Below are positions 21,536 to 32,000 of a DNA stretch of 32,000 bases, one piece after another. The translations under genes were made by a program, and so were the position numbers. Below the pieces are notes generated by a model that searched no databases, was not told where the DNA came from, and saw nothing but the letters and a program-made list of their open reading frames with translations. Positions within the stretch are counted from its first letter, which is position 1. The number at the start of each line of letters is the position of its first letter. The stretch spans positions 330,001-362,000 of the forward strand of contig NZ_CP097765.1 in NCBI RefSeq assembly GCF_023585785.1. The letters are read 5' to 3'. The DNA comes from Blochmannia endosymbiont of Camponotus modoc. Lineage in GTDB: Bacteria > Pseudomonadota > Gammaproteobacteria > Enterobacterales > Enterobacteriaceae.

Positions 21536-22432
21536 ATGATTTACAAATCTATAGTGCATATAGCATTTTTGGGTCCTAAGGGATCATATTCTCACATTGC
21601 CGCTATGCAATATGCTAGTAGCCGTCATTTTAATCAAATAGTAGAGCATAGCTGTCGAAGATTTGATGATATTTTTAATTTAGTAGAATGTGATCATGCA
21701 GAATATGGTGTAGTTCCCATTGAAAATTCTAATTCTGGATTAATTGATGAAGTAGGTGATTTATTACTAAAAACCCGATTGTTGTTAGTAGATGAAATTA
21801 CTATTCCTATAAAACATTGTATTTTAGTTAATAATCATACTAATATAAATCAAATTCAAATTATATACAGTCATCCTCAACCCGTTCAACAATGCAGTGA
21901 ATTTTTAAAACATTTCTCGGCATGGAAAATTGTATTCTGTGAAAGTAGCGCAGTTGCCATGGAAACAGTATCTAAATTAAATCAATCTAATTTAGGAGCT
22001 TTAGGCAATAAGCAAGGAGGCCAATTTTATGGATTGCATTCACTATTAACATATAATCTTTCTAATTCTCATAAAAATACAACCAGATTTATTGTTTTAA
22101 AAAATACAAATATTGCAGTTTTTAATCATTCTATAGCCACAAAAACCATTCTTATTATCTCTATTAAAGGGCAATCAGAGAAATTATGCGAAATATTAAA
22201 AGTATTACAATTTTACAATACTAAAATAACTTATTTAAGACCACGTCTTTTATCATACGAAAGACTGAGAAACATAGTGATTATTGAAATGATGGCACAC
22301 ATAAATAATGTATACATACAACATATTCTTATAGAATTACAAAAAATTGCCTATTCATTAAAAATATTAGGTTGTTATCAAGTGACGCCGCCTACTGATG
22401 TAATTTTCCATTATCATGGAAAATTGTTATAA
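21536..22432 (+). CDS. pheA: Prephenate dehydratase, monofunctional (no chorismate mutase domain) with degenerate ACT domain
   Basis: 298 aa beginning at HIAFLGPKGSYSHIAAMQYA; YGVVPIENSNSG, NTTRFIVL (TRF motif). In-frame stop at 21503-21505 upstream. Confidence 0.96.
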   Translation: MIYKSIVHIAFLGPKGSYSHIAAMQYASSRHFNQIVEHSCRRFDDIFNLVECDHAEYGVVPIENSNSGLIDEVGDLLLKTRLLLVDEITIPIKHCILVNNHTNINQIQIIYSHPQPVQQCSEFLKHFSAWKIVFCESSAVAMETVSKLNQSNLGALGNKQGGQFYGLHSLLTYNLSNSHKNTTRFIVLKNTNIAVFNHSIATKTILIISIKGQSEKLCEILKVLQFYNTKITYLRPRLLSYERLRNIVIIEMMAHINNVYIQHILIELQKIAYSLKILGCYQVTPPTDVIFHYHGKLL

Positions 22433-22664
22433 TTATATGTTATATAACTATATTATTTGAAAGATAAATACAAAAAATAATAGATATGTAATCGTATAAT
22501 GCCATTTCAAAAATATTAAAAAACAAATACACACATTAGTATACGAAATAAATATTCAAATTAAAAATTATCTTATATAGAAAACTTTTGGATCTAAATA
22601 AATATAATTTAATCAAAAAATTTATTAAATATTATTACAATAATTATTAAAATTATTATTTGCG

Positions 22665-23792
22665 TTATACATTATCTTTATAATTATTAATTTGACGTAA
22701 TATTTTACGACTTTCTTCCAAAAAAAGATCAGTATATGAACCAAACCAATTTTGAATTTTTTTAAATTGATCAATAAATTCTTGTTTTTTATTCCGTTCT
22801 AATAATATCAAAATCCTACCTAATCTTCTATAATAACGTTTAATTAATATAAGATTGTTTTCTGAATTCATGATGATGTCCGCATATAACTGAGGATCTT
22901 GAGCAAATAATCTCCCTATTGTTATTAGTTTTAATCGAAATGTTGGCGAAGAAATAGACAGCATTTGTTTTAAATTAACGTTTTCTTTTGAAAAATAATA
23001 TCCAGTTACAAAAGTAATAAAATGACATAATCCTTGCATAATACTCATATATTGATCATGTTCTGTTGTATTGCAGAAATGTAACCTTGCACCCCACAAT
23101 TGTATTTGATCTAGTACCCATTGATACGATTCTGGATAACGTCCTTCGCAGTAAATTACTACTTGTTTTACCATACTTCCATGGTCTGGGTTGAACATAG
23201 GATGTAATCCTAATACTGGACCACTATGTATGGCTAATATAGCGTTTAAGGATATTTTTTTTACAGATGATAAATCTACTATAATACAGTTTGGAGATAA
23301 ATATGATAATTTACTAACTACATCAATAACTGAATGAACAGGAACGCTGATTATCACCATACCGGCATCTGTCAGAATTGATTTTGCATGTACCCAATCA
23401 TCTTTATCTAAAATTCTTACTTTATATCCAGATAAAGTCAACATTTTAGAAAAAAATTGCCCCATTCGCCCTTTTCCACCAATTATAACAACTGGGCCTA
23501 AATTTGGATGTAACGTTTTAAATCCTTTTTCATTCTCATTATAATAAGATTCACTTATAATACGACGCAATATATCTTCTACTAAATCTGGAGAAATACC
23601 TAATTTTAATGCTTCTCGCCTCCGACAGGCAACCAGCATTTCTTCTCTATCTGGTGAATAAATAAACAATCCGTAACGACTTTTTATTTCTCCTACTTCA
23701 GAGACTAAAGAAAGTCGTTTAGATAATAACTTTAATAAATTCTGATCTATTTTATCGATGCTGTTTCGCAAAATATTTAGTTCCTTTGTCAT
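22665..23792 (-). CDS. tyrA: Bifunctional chorismate mutase / prephenate dehydrogenase
   Basis: 375 aa; N-terminal AroQ-type mutase ([34 protein letters not shown]), then [34 protein letters not shown]. Confidence 0.97.
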   Translation of the reverse strand: MTKELNILRNSIDKIDQNLLKLLSKRLSLVSEVGEIKSRYGLFIYSPDREEMLVACRRREALKLGISPDLVEDILRRIISESYYNENEKGFKTLHPNLGPVVIIGGKGRMGQFFSKMLTLSGYKVRILDKDDWVHAKSILTDAGMVIISVPVHSVIDVVSKLSYLSPNCIIVDLSSVKKISLNAILAIHSGPVLGLHPMFNPDHGSMVKQVVIYCEGRYPESYQWVLDQIQLWGARLHFCNTTEHDQYMSIMQGLCHFITFVTGYYFSKENVNLKQMLSISSPTFRLKLITIGRLFAQDPQLYADIIMNSENNLILIKRYYRRLGRILILLERNKKQEFIDQFKKIQNWFGSYTDLFLEESRKILRQINNYKDNV

Positions 23793-24874
23793 ACCATTCC
23801 AGCTCCTGATATACGATTGATAAGAAATGGTTTTAATTCTTTATGCAAATCATACAGTAAGTGTTTGGTTGTTTTCCAATCTATACACGCATCGGTAACT
23901 GATACTCCGTATTGCGTTATAGAAGATGATAAATTTATAGATTGATTACCAGAATAAATATAACTTTCAATCATCAATCCAATAATAGAACGGTTTCCAT
24001 ATTTAATTTGATGTGAAACGGACCGTGCTACATCAATTTGGCGACGATAATCTTTGTTAGAATTACCATGACTGCAATCTACCATTAATGCTAAAGGCAA
24101 TCCTGCTTCTGTTATTTTTGTTTCACAACCAATAATATCTTCCGGATAATAATTAGGATTTTCTCCTCCTCGTAAAATTATATGAGCATTAAGATTACCT
24201 TTAGTATGCAGTGAACATACCTGACCAGATTGATTGATGCTAATGTAACGATGAGGCATCATTGCAGCATGTATCGCGTTAACTGCATTATTAAAATTTC
24301 CGCTAGTGCTATTTTTAAATCCTACAGGCGTACACAATCCAGAAGCTATTTCTCGATGTATTTGAGACTCCGTAGTACGCGCTCCAATAGATGACCAACT
24401 GAAGAGCTCTCCAATGTATTGTGGAATATATGGATTTAATACTTCAGTAGCAAGTGGTAACCCAATTTTTATTAATTTCACCAACATATGTCGAGCAGTC
24501 TTTAAACCTAATTCAATATCGTTGGAGCCATTCATATTCGGATCGTTAATTAATCCTTTCCAACCAATACTAGTACGAGGTTTTTCTAAATATACACGCA
24601 TAACGATATATAATTGATCCTGCAATTCTGTTGATAAAGTTTTTAATTTATCAGCGTAATCAAAAGTAGCATTGACATCATGAATAGAACAAGGACCACA
24701 TATCACCAGTAGGCGCGGATCGCGTCTATGAATAATATTCATAATTATATTTTGAGAATCCGCAATGGTTTTCTGTTCCAAATCTGTTACAGGAAATTGA
24801 GTTTTTAATTGCTCAGGAGTAATTATTGAATATGTGTTATTGACATAAATACTATTACGTTCTTTTTTCTGCAT
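23789..24874 (-). CDS. aroF: 3-deoxy-7-phosphoheptulonate synthase, AroF type (Tyr-sensitive class)
   Basis: 361 aa, [57 protein letters not shown]; 4 bp overlap with tyrA. Confidence 0.95.
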   Translation of the reverse strand: MQKKERNSIYVNNTYSIITPEQLKTQFPVTDLEQKTIADSQNIIMNIIHRRDPRLLVICGPCSIHDVNATFDYADKLKTLSTELQDQLYIVMRVYLEKPRTSIGWKGLINDPNMNGSNDIELGLKTARHMLVKLIKIGLPLATEVLNPYIPQYIGELFSWSSIGARTTESQIHREIASGLCTPVGFKNSTSGNFNNAVNAIHAAMMPHRYISINQSGQVCSLHTKGNLNAHIILRGGENPNYYPEDIIGCETKITEAGLPLALMVDCSHGNSNKDYRRQIDVARSVSHQIKYGNRSIIGLMIESYIYSGNQSINLSSSITQYGVSVTDACIDWKTTKHLLYDLHKELKPFLINRISGAGMV

Positions 24875-25365
24875 ATTATTATCCTTAATATAATTAAGTA
24901 TTATATAATAAATTCATGAAACTAAAATGATCATTAAAAAAAATAATTATATATATATCATATTATGATATATATATAAAACTAATGTAAATATAGTTTT
25001 ATATTATTATTGTCAATAAATTATTATAAGTTGATTAACTGAGTTACATTTAATTTTTGAATTTATATGAGATTCTGTTAACAATATAAACACACGTATC
25101 TGTGTAAATGTATTATTACTCATCCACTACATAGTATGGAATGTAGTTTTTAAAATTTTAATACATAATATTATACTATTTTAATGATGCATGACTTTTT
25201 AAAAATTTAAATATTAAAATATTTTAAATTAATTAATTATATTATGAAAAATAAATATATTAAATGATTATGAAAATCGCTTACAATCAACAAAATGATT
25301 ATAAAATTCTAAAAGATTAATATATGTATTAAGCTTATATTAAATTACTTTTAACAAAAAATGTA

Positions 25366-25716
25366 TCATGGATTCATACGTACTTTGATTCGCGCTGATT
25401 TTCCGCTAAGATTACGTAAATAATATAACTTAGCACGACGAACGATACCAAATCGTTTAATTTTAATCTCTTCAATCACAGGAGAATGTGATTGAAATAC
25501 TCGTTCTACGCCCTCTCCACTAGAAATTTTCCTTACAGTAAACGCAGAATGTAATCCACGGTTTTTAATAGAAATAACTACGCCTTCAAAAATTTGTAGG
25601 CGTTTTTTGCTACCTTCAATGACCCATGTTTTCACTTCCACTGTATCACCTGGATGTAAGTGCGGTATGTTTTTTTTCATTTGTTTTTTTTCGAAATTAT
25701 TTATTGATTCGTACAT
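25366..25716 (-). CDS. rplS: 50S ribosomal protein L19
   Basis: 116 aa, [27 protein letters not shown]...[12 protein letters not shown]. Confidence 0.98.
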   Translation of the reverse strand: MYESINNFEKKQMKKNIPHLHPGDTVEVKTWVIEGSKKRLQIFEGVVISIKNRGLHSAFTVRKISSGEGVERVFQSHSPVIEEIKIKRFGIVRRAKLYYLRNLSGKSARIKVRMNP

Positions 25717-25721
25717 ATATA

Positions 25722-26489
25722 TTATTTCCTAGTTTTTTTATTTAATGATAACAAGTATTCATTTTTAAATTCAGAAAGTAAATTTTTTTCCTCATCAGTT
25801 AATTGTGTATCATTAAGTAAATCCGGTCTTTTAATCCAAGTGCAACCCAAAGCTTGTTTTTGTTTCCAACGATGAATTTCATCATGATTTCCTGATAATA
25901 ATACCGACGGTACTTTCATACCATCAAAAGTTCCTGGTCGTGTATAATGTGGACAATCTAATCTTCCTTTGGAGAAAGAATCTGATTCTTTTGAATCTTG
26001 ATTTCCTAATACGCCAGGCAGAACTCTAGATATCGTATCTATTAATACCATTGCGGCTAACTCTCCTCCGCTAAGTATATAATCTCCTATAGACCACTCT
26101 TCGTCAATTTCCGTTTGAATTAATCTTTCATCAATGCCTTGATATCTACCACAAACTAAAATTAATTTTTGATGATCATATGCTAACTTATATACATATT
26201 TCTGCTTTAGCTTTTTTCCTTGAGGAGAAAGATAAATTACTTTAATATTATTTCCTAATTCATCTTTTGCTTGATTGATTGCATTTCTCAATGGTTCAAT
26301 CATCATTAACATGCCCGGTCCTCCTCCATAGGGACGGGCATCTACGCTGTGGTGTCGATCATATGTAAATACGCGTGGATTCCACAATTTTATGGAAAGA
26401 ATACCCCTTCGAATTGATCGACCTACTATTCCATAACGAACAATAGACTGAAACATATCTGGGAATAAAGTAATCACACCTAATAACAT
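25722..26489 (-). CDS. trmD: tRNA (guanine-N1)-methyltransferase
   Basis: 255 aa, [51 protein letters not shown]. Confidence 0.97.
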   Translation of the reverse strand: MLLGVITLFPDMFQSIVRYGIVGRSIRRGILSIKLWNPRVFTYDRHHSVDARPYGGGPGMLMMIEPLRNAINQAKDELGNNIKVIYLSPQGKKLKQKYVYKLAYDHQKLILVCGRYQGIDERLIQTEIDEEWSIGDYILSGGELAAMVLIDTISRVLPGVLGNQDSKESDSFSKGRLDCPHYTRPGTFDGMKVPSVLLSGNHDEIHRWKQKQALGCTWIKRPDLLNDTQLTDEEKNLLSEFKNEYLLSLNKKTRK

Positions 26490-26515
26490 ATTTTTTTATA
26501 CTTTATTTTAAAAAG

Positions 26516-27085
26516 TTAAAAATTAGGATCCCAATCTACGGTAACAATACGTGCAACAAGATTAATATTTTTAATGACTCTCTTGATAAGAAAAGGAATA
26601 AGGCAATTTTTGATTTTACAAAGATTATATTGACACATTTTTACTACCAAAACATCATTTGCTGTAGTTTCTATTATACTGATAATATCTCCTAAAAGAA
26701 CGCCCTGTACAGTGATTACTACACATCCTATTAAATCTTTCCAATAATATTCATCATCATTGATACATGGAAATTGTGTTTCATCAATAATAATATTGCA
26801 ACGACTTAATGACCGAGCAGAATCTCTATTTGAGATTCCTCGTATTTTAACAATATAATGTTTTCCAATTAGTTTCCATTTATCTAAAAAAATTTCTTTC
26901 CATGTAGACTGAACTATAGTAAAATACGGACTATAATAAAACATATTATCATTGTTTTCGGTAAATGATATCACCCGTACCCACCCTAATATGCCATATG
27001 CACCTATTATTCTTCCTATTACTACGGGAAGAAGGGGCGGGGTCATAACAGCTTCTTTATCTATTGAATACTCATCATGTTTCAT
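26516..27085 (-). CDS. rimM: Ribosome maturation factor RimM
   Basis: 189 aa, [34 protein letters not shown]-terminus; between rpsP and trmD. 5' end extends to 27085 in the track, the true start could be internal (MTPPLLP). Confidence 0.94.
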   Translation of the reverse strand: MKHDEYSIDKEAVMTPPLLPVVIGRIIGAYGILGWVRVISFTENNDNMFYYSPYFTIVQSTWKEIFLDKWKLIGKHYIVKIRGISNRDSARSLSRCNIIIDETQFPCINDDEYYWKDLIGCVVITVQGVLLGDIISIIETTANDVLVVKMCQYNLCKIKNCLIPFLIKRVIKNINLVARIVTVDWDPNF

Positions 27086-27318
27086 AAATTCTTTATTAAT
27101 TTTAAAACACGATCAGATGGACTCGCTCCTTTGTGCAACCAATATTTTACACGTTCTGTATTTACACGTAATCCTGTGCGATTCCCAAATGTAATTGGGT
27201 TGAAAAATCCAACACGTTCAATAAAACGACCATCGCGTGCATTTCTACTGTCAGTAATAACTATGTGATAAAAAGGAGTTTTTTTATGACCTCCCCGTGC
27301 TAATCTAATTCTTACCAT
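27082..27318 (-). CDS. rpsP: 30S ribosomal protein S16
   Basis: 78 aa, [41 protein letters not shown]. Confidence 0.98.
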   Translation of the reverse strand: MVRIRLARGGHKKTPFYHIVITDSRNARDGRFIERVGFFNPITFGNRTGLRVNTERVKYWLHKGASPSDRVLKLIKNL

Positions 27319-27410
27319 AAGTATGTAACCTTAAATTAATAACCAAAAAACCAATAGACTCATAATCAAGACTATGTATATATCTACCGATTTCAACAAT
27401 AAAATATTTT

Positions 27411-28772
27411 TTAATTAATTGTAAATTTAGATGATATTTTATTTTTTAATGTACGTATCATGCGAAATATTTCATTTTTATTTATTTTTTGTATTGTAAT
27501 ACGTATATGATTAAACGTATTCAGTAACTTTGTGACATCCTGTACATGTACTCCAGAGCCATTAGCAATACGCTTCTTTCTAGATCCAGTAATTATTTTT
27601 GGATTCACACGTTCTTTCACAGTCATAGAGTTAATTATGGCTTCCATACGTACGAATGTATTGTCATGAGTATATGATTGAATACTCTCTAAGTTCACTC
27701 CTAGATTAAGAGGTAATTTACTTATTATTTTATTAATTCCTCCCATGCTACGTATTTGTTTTATATAACCTAAAAAATCATATAAATTAAAGTCTACACT
27801 GTTTTTATTAATATATTTTTTTTCTTTAACCCATTTTGATTGGTTATCAATATCTTCGATTAATGAAAGTATATCTCCCATTCCAAGTATGCGTCCAGCT
27901 ATTCTGTATGAATTGAAAGGTTCTAATGCATCAATTCTTTCTCCTGTTCCTATGAATTTTATGGGTTTTCCGGTAAGATATTTAATAGATAAAGCCACGC
28001 CTCCACGTGAATCCCCATCTAATTTAGTTAAAATAATCCCGGTTAATGGCAAAGTTTTACTGAACACATTTATACTATTAATAGCTACTTGTCCAATCAT
28101 AGAATCTACAATGAATAAAGTTTCTATTGGATTAACCAAGCTATGCATTTCAGATAGTTCTGAAAGTAAATAATCATCTGTATCTAAGCAACCAGCAGTA
28201 TCTATTAACAAAACATCATAAGATAATGATCTTGACATAATGGATGCTGCTTTCAGTATATCAATTGGTTTATTTTGAACATTACAATCTTCAAAAAAAA
28301 TTATATCTTCAGATTTTATCAATGATTTTAATTGTTGCACGCCTGCCGGTCTGTACACATCAGTTGATGCCACTAATATTTTTTTATTTTTTTTTATTTT
28401 TAAAAATTTCGCAAGTTTTCCGGTAGTAGTAGTTTTTCCAGACCCTTGCGCACCTACCATTAATATTATTGATGGTATTTGAGTGTTTAAATTTAAATCA
28501 TTTGATCCTTCTCCCATAATTTTTACTAAAGAGGCATGCATAATTTTAATAAATTCTTGACCTGGAGTTAAATGTTTGTTTATATTGCTTCCTATTATAC
28601 CTTCTTTAACTGTATTAACAAAACCATGTACTACGGGTAATGCTACATCTCCTTCTAATAAGGCAATCTTAACCATATTTAAAGTTTCTTTAATATTGTT
28701 TTCTGTTAAACGCCCAGAACCAACAATATTACGTATTGATTGTGATATTTTATTGGATAAGTTTTTAAACAT
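27411..28772 (-). CDS. ffh: Signal recognition particle GTPase Ffh
   Basis: 453 aa, MVGAQGSGKTTTTGKLAKFL, DTAGCLDTD, TKLDGDSRGG, FIGTGERIDAL. Confidence 0.97.
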   Translation of the reverse strand: MFKNLSNKISQSIRNIVGSGRLTENNIKETLNMVKIALLEGDVALPVVHGFVNTVKEGIIGSNINKHLTPGQEFIKIMHASLVKIMGEGSNDLNLNTQIPSIILMVGAQGSGKTTTTGKLAKFLKIKKNKKILVASTDVYRPAGVQQLKSLIKSEDIIFFEDCNVQNKPIDILKAASIMSRSLSYDVLLIDTAGCLDTDDYLLSELSEMHSLVNPIETLFIVDSMIGQVAINSINVFSKTLPLTGIILTKLDGDSRGGVALSIKYLTGKPIKFIGTGERIDALEPFNSYRIAGRILGMGDILSLIEDIDNQSKWVKEKKYINKNSVDFNLYDFLGYIKQIRSMGGINKIISKLPLNLGVNLESIQSYTHDNTFVRMEAIINSMTVKERVNPKIITGSRKKRIANGSGVHVQDVTKLLNTFNHIRITIQKINKNEIFRMIRTLKNKISSKFTIN

Positions 28773-28945
28773 CTCTATGACTCAAAATCAAAGCAAACAC
28801 ACGAATAAATTTATTATATATTCACACTGAATCAGAATAAACACAATCTTTAATATTCCTATTTTTTCATTGCAATGAAAAAAATTGTTTTTACAATTAA
28901 TTAATTAAATTTTTTACTATTCAATAATTTTAAATAACACACAAT

Positions 28946-29019
28946 ACACCCGAGAGGATTCGAACCTCCGATCGCTCGGTTCGTAGCCGAGTGCTCTGTC
29001 CAATTGAGCTACGGGTGCA
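28946..29019 (-). tRNA. argV: tRNA-Arg (ACG)
   Basis: Reverse strand GCACCCGTAGCTCAATTGGACAGAGCACTCGGCTACGAACCGAGCGATCGGAGGTTCGAATCCTCTCGGGTGTA; anticodon ACG. Confidence 0.95.
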
Positions 29020-29039
29020 TCGTCAGCTACTAACATAAC

Positions 29040-29130
29040 AGTGAGGGAGGGATTTGAACCCTCGACACAGTGTTAAGAACCATATACTCCCTTAGCAGGG
29101 GAGTGCCTTCAGCCACTCGGCCACCTCACT
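29040..29130 (-). tRNA. serV: tRNA-Ser (GCT)
   Basis: Reverse strand AGTGAGGTGGCCGAGTGGCTGAAGGCACTCCCCTGCTAAGGGAGTATATGG...GAGGGTTCAAATCCCTCCCTCACT; long variable arm, anticodon GCT. Ends accurate to about 1 nt. Confidence 0.95.
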
Positions 29131-29283
29131 GAATTCCTATTCAGTCCAATTATTGGCTATTTTGTTCTTTCTTATGATCAAAAACTCTTTGTTACATTAC
29201 GTTGTTTTTATGTAATTTACAACTAAATTTTTTAATCATAAAATTACTATGTTTAGAAATTTATTTCAAAAAAAATAATAAAT

Positions 29284-29469
29284 TTAGCACAAATTCTGTT
29301 CTAATTTTTCAGCTTTGATACGTTGATAAATTTCTTCTCGGTGTATAGATATCTCCTTGGGAGCATTTACACCAATACGGACTTGGTTCCCTTTAATACC
29401 TAATACAGTTACTGTAACCTCATCTCCAATGACGAGAGTTTCACCAACTCGTCGAGTCAGAATAAGCAT
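29284..29469 (-). CDS. csrA: Carbon storage regulator CsrA
   Basis: 61 aa, [51 protein letters not shown]. Confidence 0.98.
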   Translation of the reverse strand: MLILTRRVGETLVIGDEVTVTVLGIKGNQVRIGVNAPKEISIHREEIYQRIKAEKLEQNLC

Positions 29470-29656
29470 TCTTTACTCCTTGAAAAATTCAAATAACCGA
29501 ACTTCTTAAATTTTACTGTTTTTAAAATTTCCTAACAACATGAAATAAACATCTGCATATGATATTTATGCTTTTGTAAAATTTTAGCGCACCACTTTAA
29601 GAACGCATTAATAACTTTTTATTTTAAAACAACTTTTAATATAATTGTGCAATTAT

Positions 29657-32000
29657 TTACAATATATTATGTAATAAGGAATTTACTTCAATAGATATTT
29701 TGGATGCAGTTGCCATATTGTTAATACCGGCTTGAGCAAAATCAGGTCTACCTCCACCTTTTCCACCAAGGATATTGATGATACACTGAACTAAAGATAA
29801 AGCATTTATACGATTACGTTCTATTAAATCTTTAGTTACAGCTGCTACTAAATTAATTTTGTTGTTTGTATTGAGATTAATAAGAACAATCACTCCTGAT
29901 TTTAACTGATGTTTAATACAATCTGTCATATTAAATAATGTTTTTGGCGACATGTTGACAACCTGCTTAATTAAGATTCGTACATCTTTAATATAATAGA
30001 TATCCTTAATGAACGATAAACTTTGTTGTATAATTTGTTGATTTCTTAAAGAATCTATTTCTTTTTCTAATTTTTGATAACGACATTTAAATTCATATAT
30101 TTTACTTAATATATTCTTATCATCACTTTGAGTCGATTGAAAAATATTTCTAAGTAACATTTTATATTGATGTATTACAGATAATGCTACGTTATTAGTT
30201 ACTGCTTCAACACGTCTAATACCAGCAGCAATACTACATTCTTTGGTAATTACAAATATACCAATTTCTCCAGTATGCTCAGCATGAGTTCCTCCGCATA
30301 ATTCAGTAGAAAAATTTCCTATTTTTAGAACACGAACTTCTTTATCATATTGTTTATTTATCAATATTACAGCTTCACTATTTCTAGCTGCTTCTATTGG
30401 CATAATGTCAACTGTAATAGGAGTATTCTTCCAAATTTGTTCATTTACAATATTTTCTACTGTATTCATTTGTGTTGTCGTCATCGTTGCATGATGATAA
30501 AAATCAAACCGTAAGTATCGATCGTTTACCAAGGATCCTTTTTGCGTAACGTGAGATCCGAGAACTTGAGACAACGCAGCATGTAGCAAATGCGTAGCGG
30601 AGTGATTTAAAGAAATACATTTCCTTTTATGTTGATCTACTTGAGCGACTATTTCCTCCCCCACGCTAATAGTCCCTCTATTAACTATCCCTAAATGACC
30701 TATTGTTTGTCCATATTTTTTTGTATTAATAACCTGAAAAAATCCGGACATAGTATTTAATTGACCACAATCTCCAATTTGGCCCCCAGATTCTCCATAA
30801 AAAGGAGTATTATTCAGAATCACTATTCCTTCTTCTTTTGTATAAATTTTATTTATTGATTTATTGTTTTGGAACAATGCTATTACTCGGGATTTACAAA
30901 TCAGTTGATCGTATCCAACAAATATGCTTGATATATTACAAAATGATAATTTTTCATAATTTATATCACATTTATTTAATTCTTTCGTATATTTTTTTTG
31001 TGTCAACATAGCTTGATCAAATCCTGCTTGATCTACGTGTATGCCACGTTTTAAACAGACGTCTTGAGTTAATTCCAATGGAAATCCATAAGTATCATAT
31101 AAATTAAATGCTATTTCACCATTTAGACAATTTCCTTTTAATCGTATTAATTGTTTTTCCAATAATTCTAAACCTCTTTTTAAAGTATCTTGAAATAATT
31201 TTTCTTCACTAAGTAAAATTTCTGCTATAAAATCTTTCTTTTCATGTAAAGTATCGGCTATATGCTGCATATATTTAATAAGAGGAGAAACTAATTTGTA
31301 AAAAAAAATATCATTTACACCTAATCTTTTTCCATGAAGAATAGCTCTACGAATAATACGGCGTAATACATAACCACGTCCTTCATTAGCAGGAAGGACT
31401 CCGTCTTGGATTAAAAATGAACATGTACGAATATGATCAGCAATCACATACACAGATCTATTTATATAGATATCATTAATTTTCATGATTCGAGATATAG
31501 AAGATATTAATTTCCTAAATACATCAATAGAAAAATTACTATTTACTCCCTGCAATATTGAAGTAATACGTTCCAAACCCATTCCAGTATCTACTGATAA
31601 CATAGGGAGCGATAAAAGATGACCACTTTCTTGACGATCAAACTGCATAAATACTAAATTCCAAATTTCAACATATCTTTCCCCAAATTCTTCTAAACTG
31701 CCAGGAGGCCCCCCTTGAAATCGATCACCACGATCATAAAATATTTCTGAACAAGGTCCACAAGGCCCGATATTTCCCATTTGCCAAAAATTATCAGAAT
31801 CACAAAAATCATTTGTATTGTTACCAATTCTAACAATATGTTCATTAGGAATATCTATTTTCTTTGACCAAATATTATAAGATTCACCATCGCAATTATG
31901 CACTGTTACCCATAATTTATTTTTAGATAAATTGAACCAATTAACGTCAGTCAATAACTCCCAAGCAAACTGAATAGCCTCATTTTTAAAATAATCTCCA
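29657..32000 (-). CDS. alaS: Alanyl-tRNA synthetase, 5' end beyond window
   Basis: Frame stays open past the tracked TTG at 31954: upstream residues [21 protein letters not shown] match the AlaS interior. [42 protein letters not shown] present. Confidence 0.98.
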   Translation of the reverse strand, partial: GDYFKNEAIQFAWELLTDVNWFNLSKNKLWVTVHNCDGESYNIWSKKIDIPNEHIVRIGNNTNDFCDSDNFWQMGNIGPCGPCSEIFYDRGDRFQGGPPGSLEEFGERYVEIWNLVFMQFDRQESGHLLSLPMLSVDTGMGLERITSILQGVNSNFSIDVFRKLISSISRIMKINDIYINRSVYVIADHIRTCSFLIQDGVLPANEGRGYVLRRIIRRAILHGKRLGVNDIFFYKLVSPLIKYMQHIADTLHEKKDFIAEILLSEEKLFQDTLKRGLELLEKQLIRLKGNCLNGEIAFNLYDTYGFPLELTQDVCLKRGIHVDQAGFDQAMLTQKKYTKELNKCDINYEKLSFCNISSIFVGYDQLICKSRVIALFQNNKSINKIYTKEEGIVILNNTPFYGESGGQIGDCGQLNTMSGFFQVINTKKYGQTIGHLGIVNRGTISVGEEIVAQVDQHKRKCISLNHSATHLLHAALSQVLGSHVTQKGSLVNDRYLRFDFYHHATMTTTQMNTVENIVNEQIWKNTPITVDIMPIEAARNSEAVILINKQYDKEVRVLKIGNFSTELCGGTHAEHTGEIGIFVITKECSIAAGIRRVEAVTNNVALSVIHQYKMLLRNIFQSTQSDDKNILSKIYEFKCRYQKLEKEIDSLRNQQIIQQSLSFIKDIYYIKDVRILIKQVVNMSPKTLFNMTDCIKHQLKSGVIVLINLNTNNKINLVAAVTKDLIERNRINALSLVQCIINILGGKGGGRPDFAQAGINNMATASKISIEVNSLLHNIL

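Noticed and set aside
24875-25365. 491 bp gap between aroF and rplS as a possible hidden gene or small RNA
   Set aside because: Very AT-rich with frequent stops in all frames I followed and no clear hairpin; more likely decayed DNA where E. coli carries the yfi genes. Not excluded by RNA evidence.
27889-28830. Plus-strand ORFs opposite ffh (27889..28173, 28244..28426, 28576..28830)
   Set aside because: Antisense to a clear essential gene and without recognisable products.

Overview
This 32 kb AT-rich window comes from a reduced gammaproteobacterial genome, most like an ant endosymbiont such as Candidatus Blochmannia; that taxon is inferred from gene content and protein similarity, not tested. 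Nearly every base is explained by conserved housekeeping genes: the alpha (5' part)-spc-S10 ribosomal block (rpsK' to rpsJ), bfr, a Thr-Gly-Tyr-Thr tRNA cluster, coaA, birA, murB, clpB, rluD, bamD, pheA, tyrA, aroF, rplS-trmD-rimM-rpsP, ffh, tRNA-Arg, tRNA-Ser, csrA and alaS (5' truncated at the window edge). I see no mobile element, CRISPR array, toxin or new multi-gene defence system. The observations worth a second look concern reductive evolution of known proteins. (1) PheA has lost its chorismate mutase domain and its Phe-binding ACT motifs. TyrA keeps the only chorismate mutase but is changed at positions linked to Tyr insensitivity, and AroF is changed at residue 8. Together this suggests a deregulated aromatic amino acid locus. 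(2) Bacterioferritin keeps all ferroxidase ligands but its heme-ligand Met52 is Leu. (3) BamD has no lipobox cysteine. (4) BirA has lost its DNA-binding domain. (5) Two synteny joints fall where the E. coli gene order would place tuf and rrn genes, both absent here. (6) A well-spaced sigma-32 promoter sits upstream of clpB. Comparisons to E. coli are from memory and need alignment.
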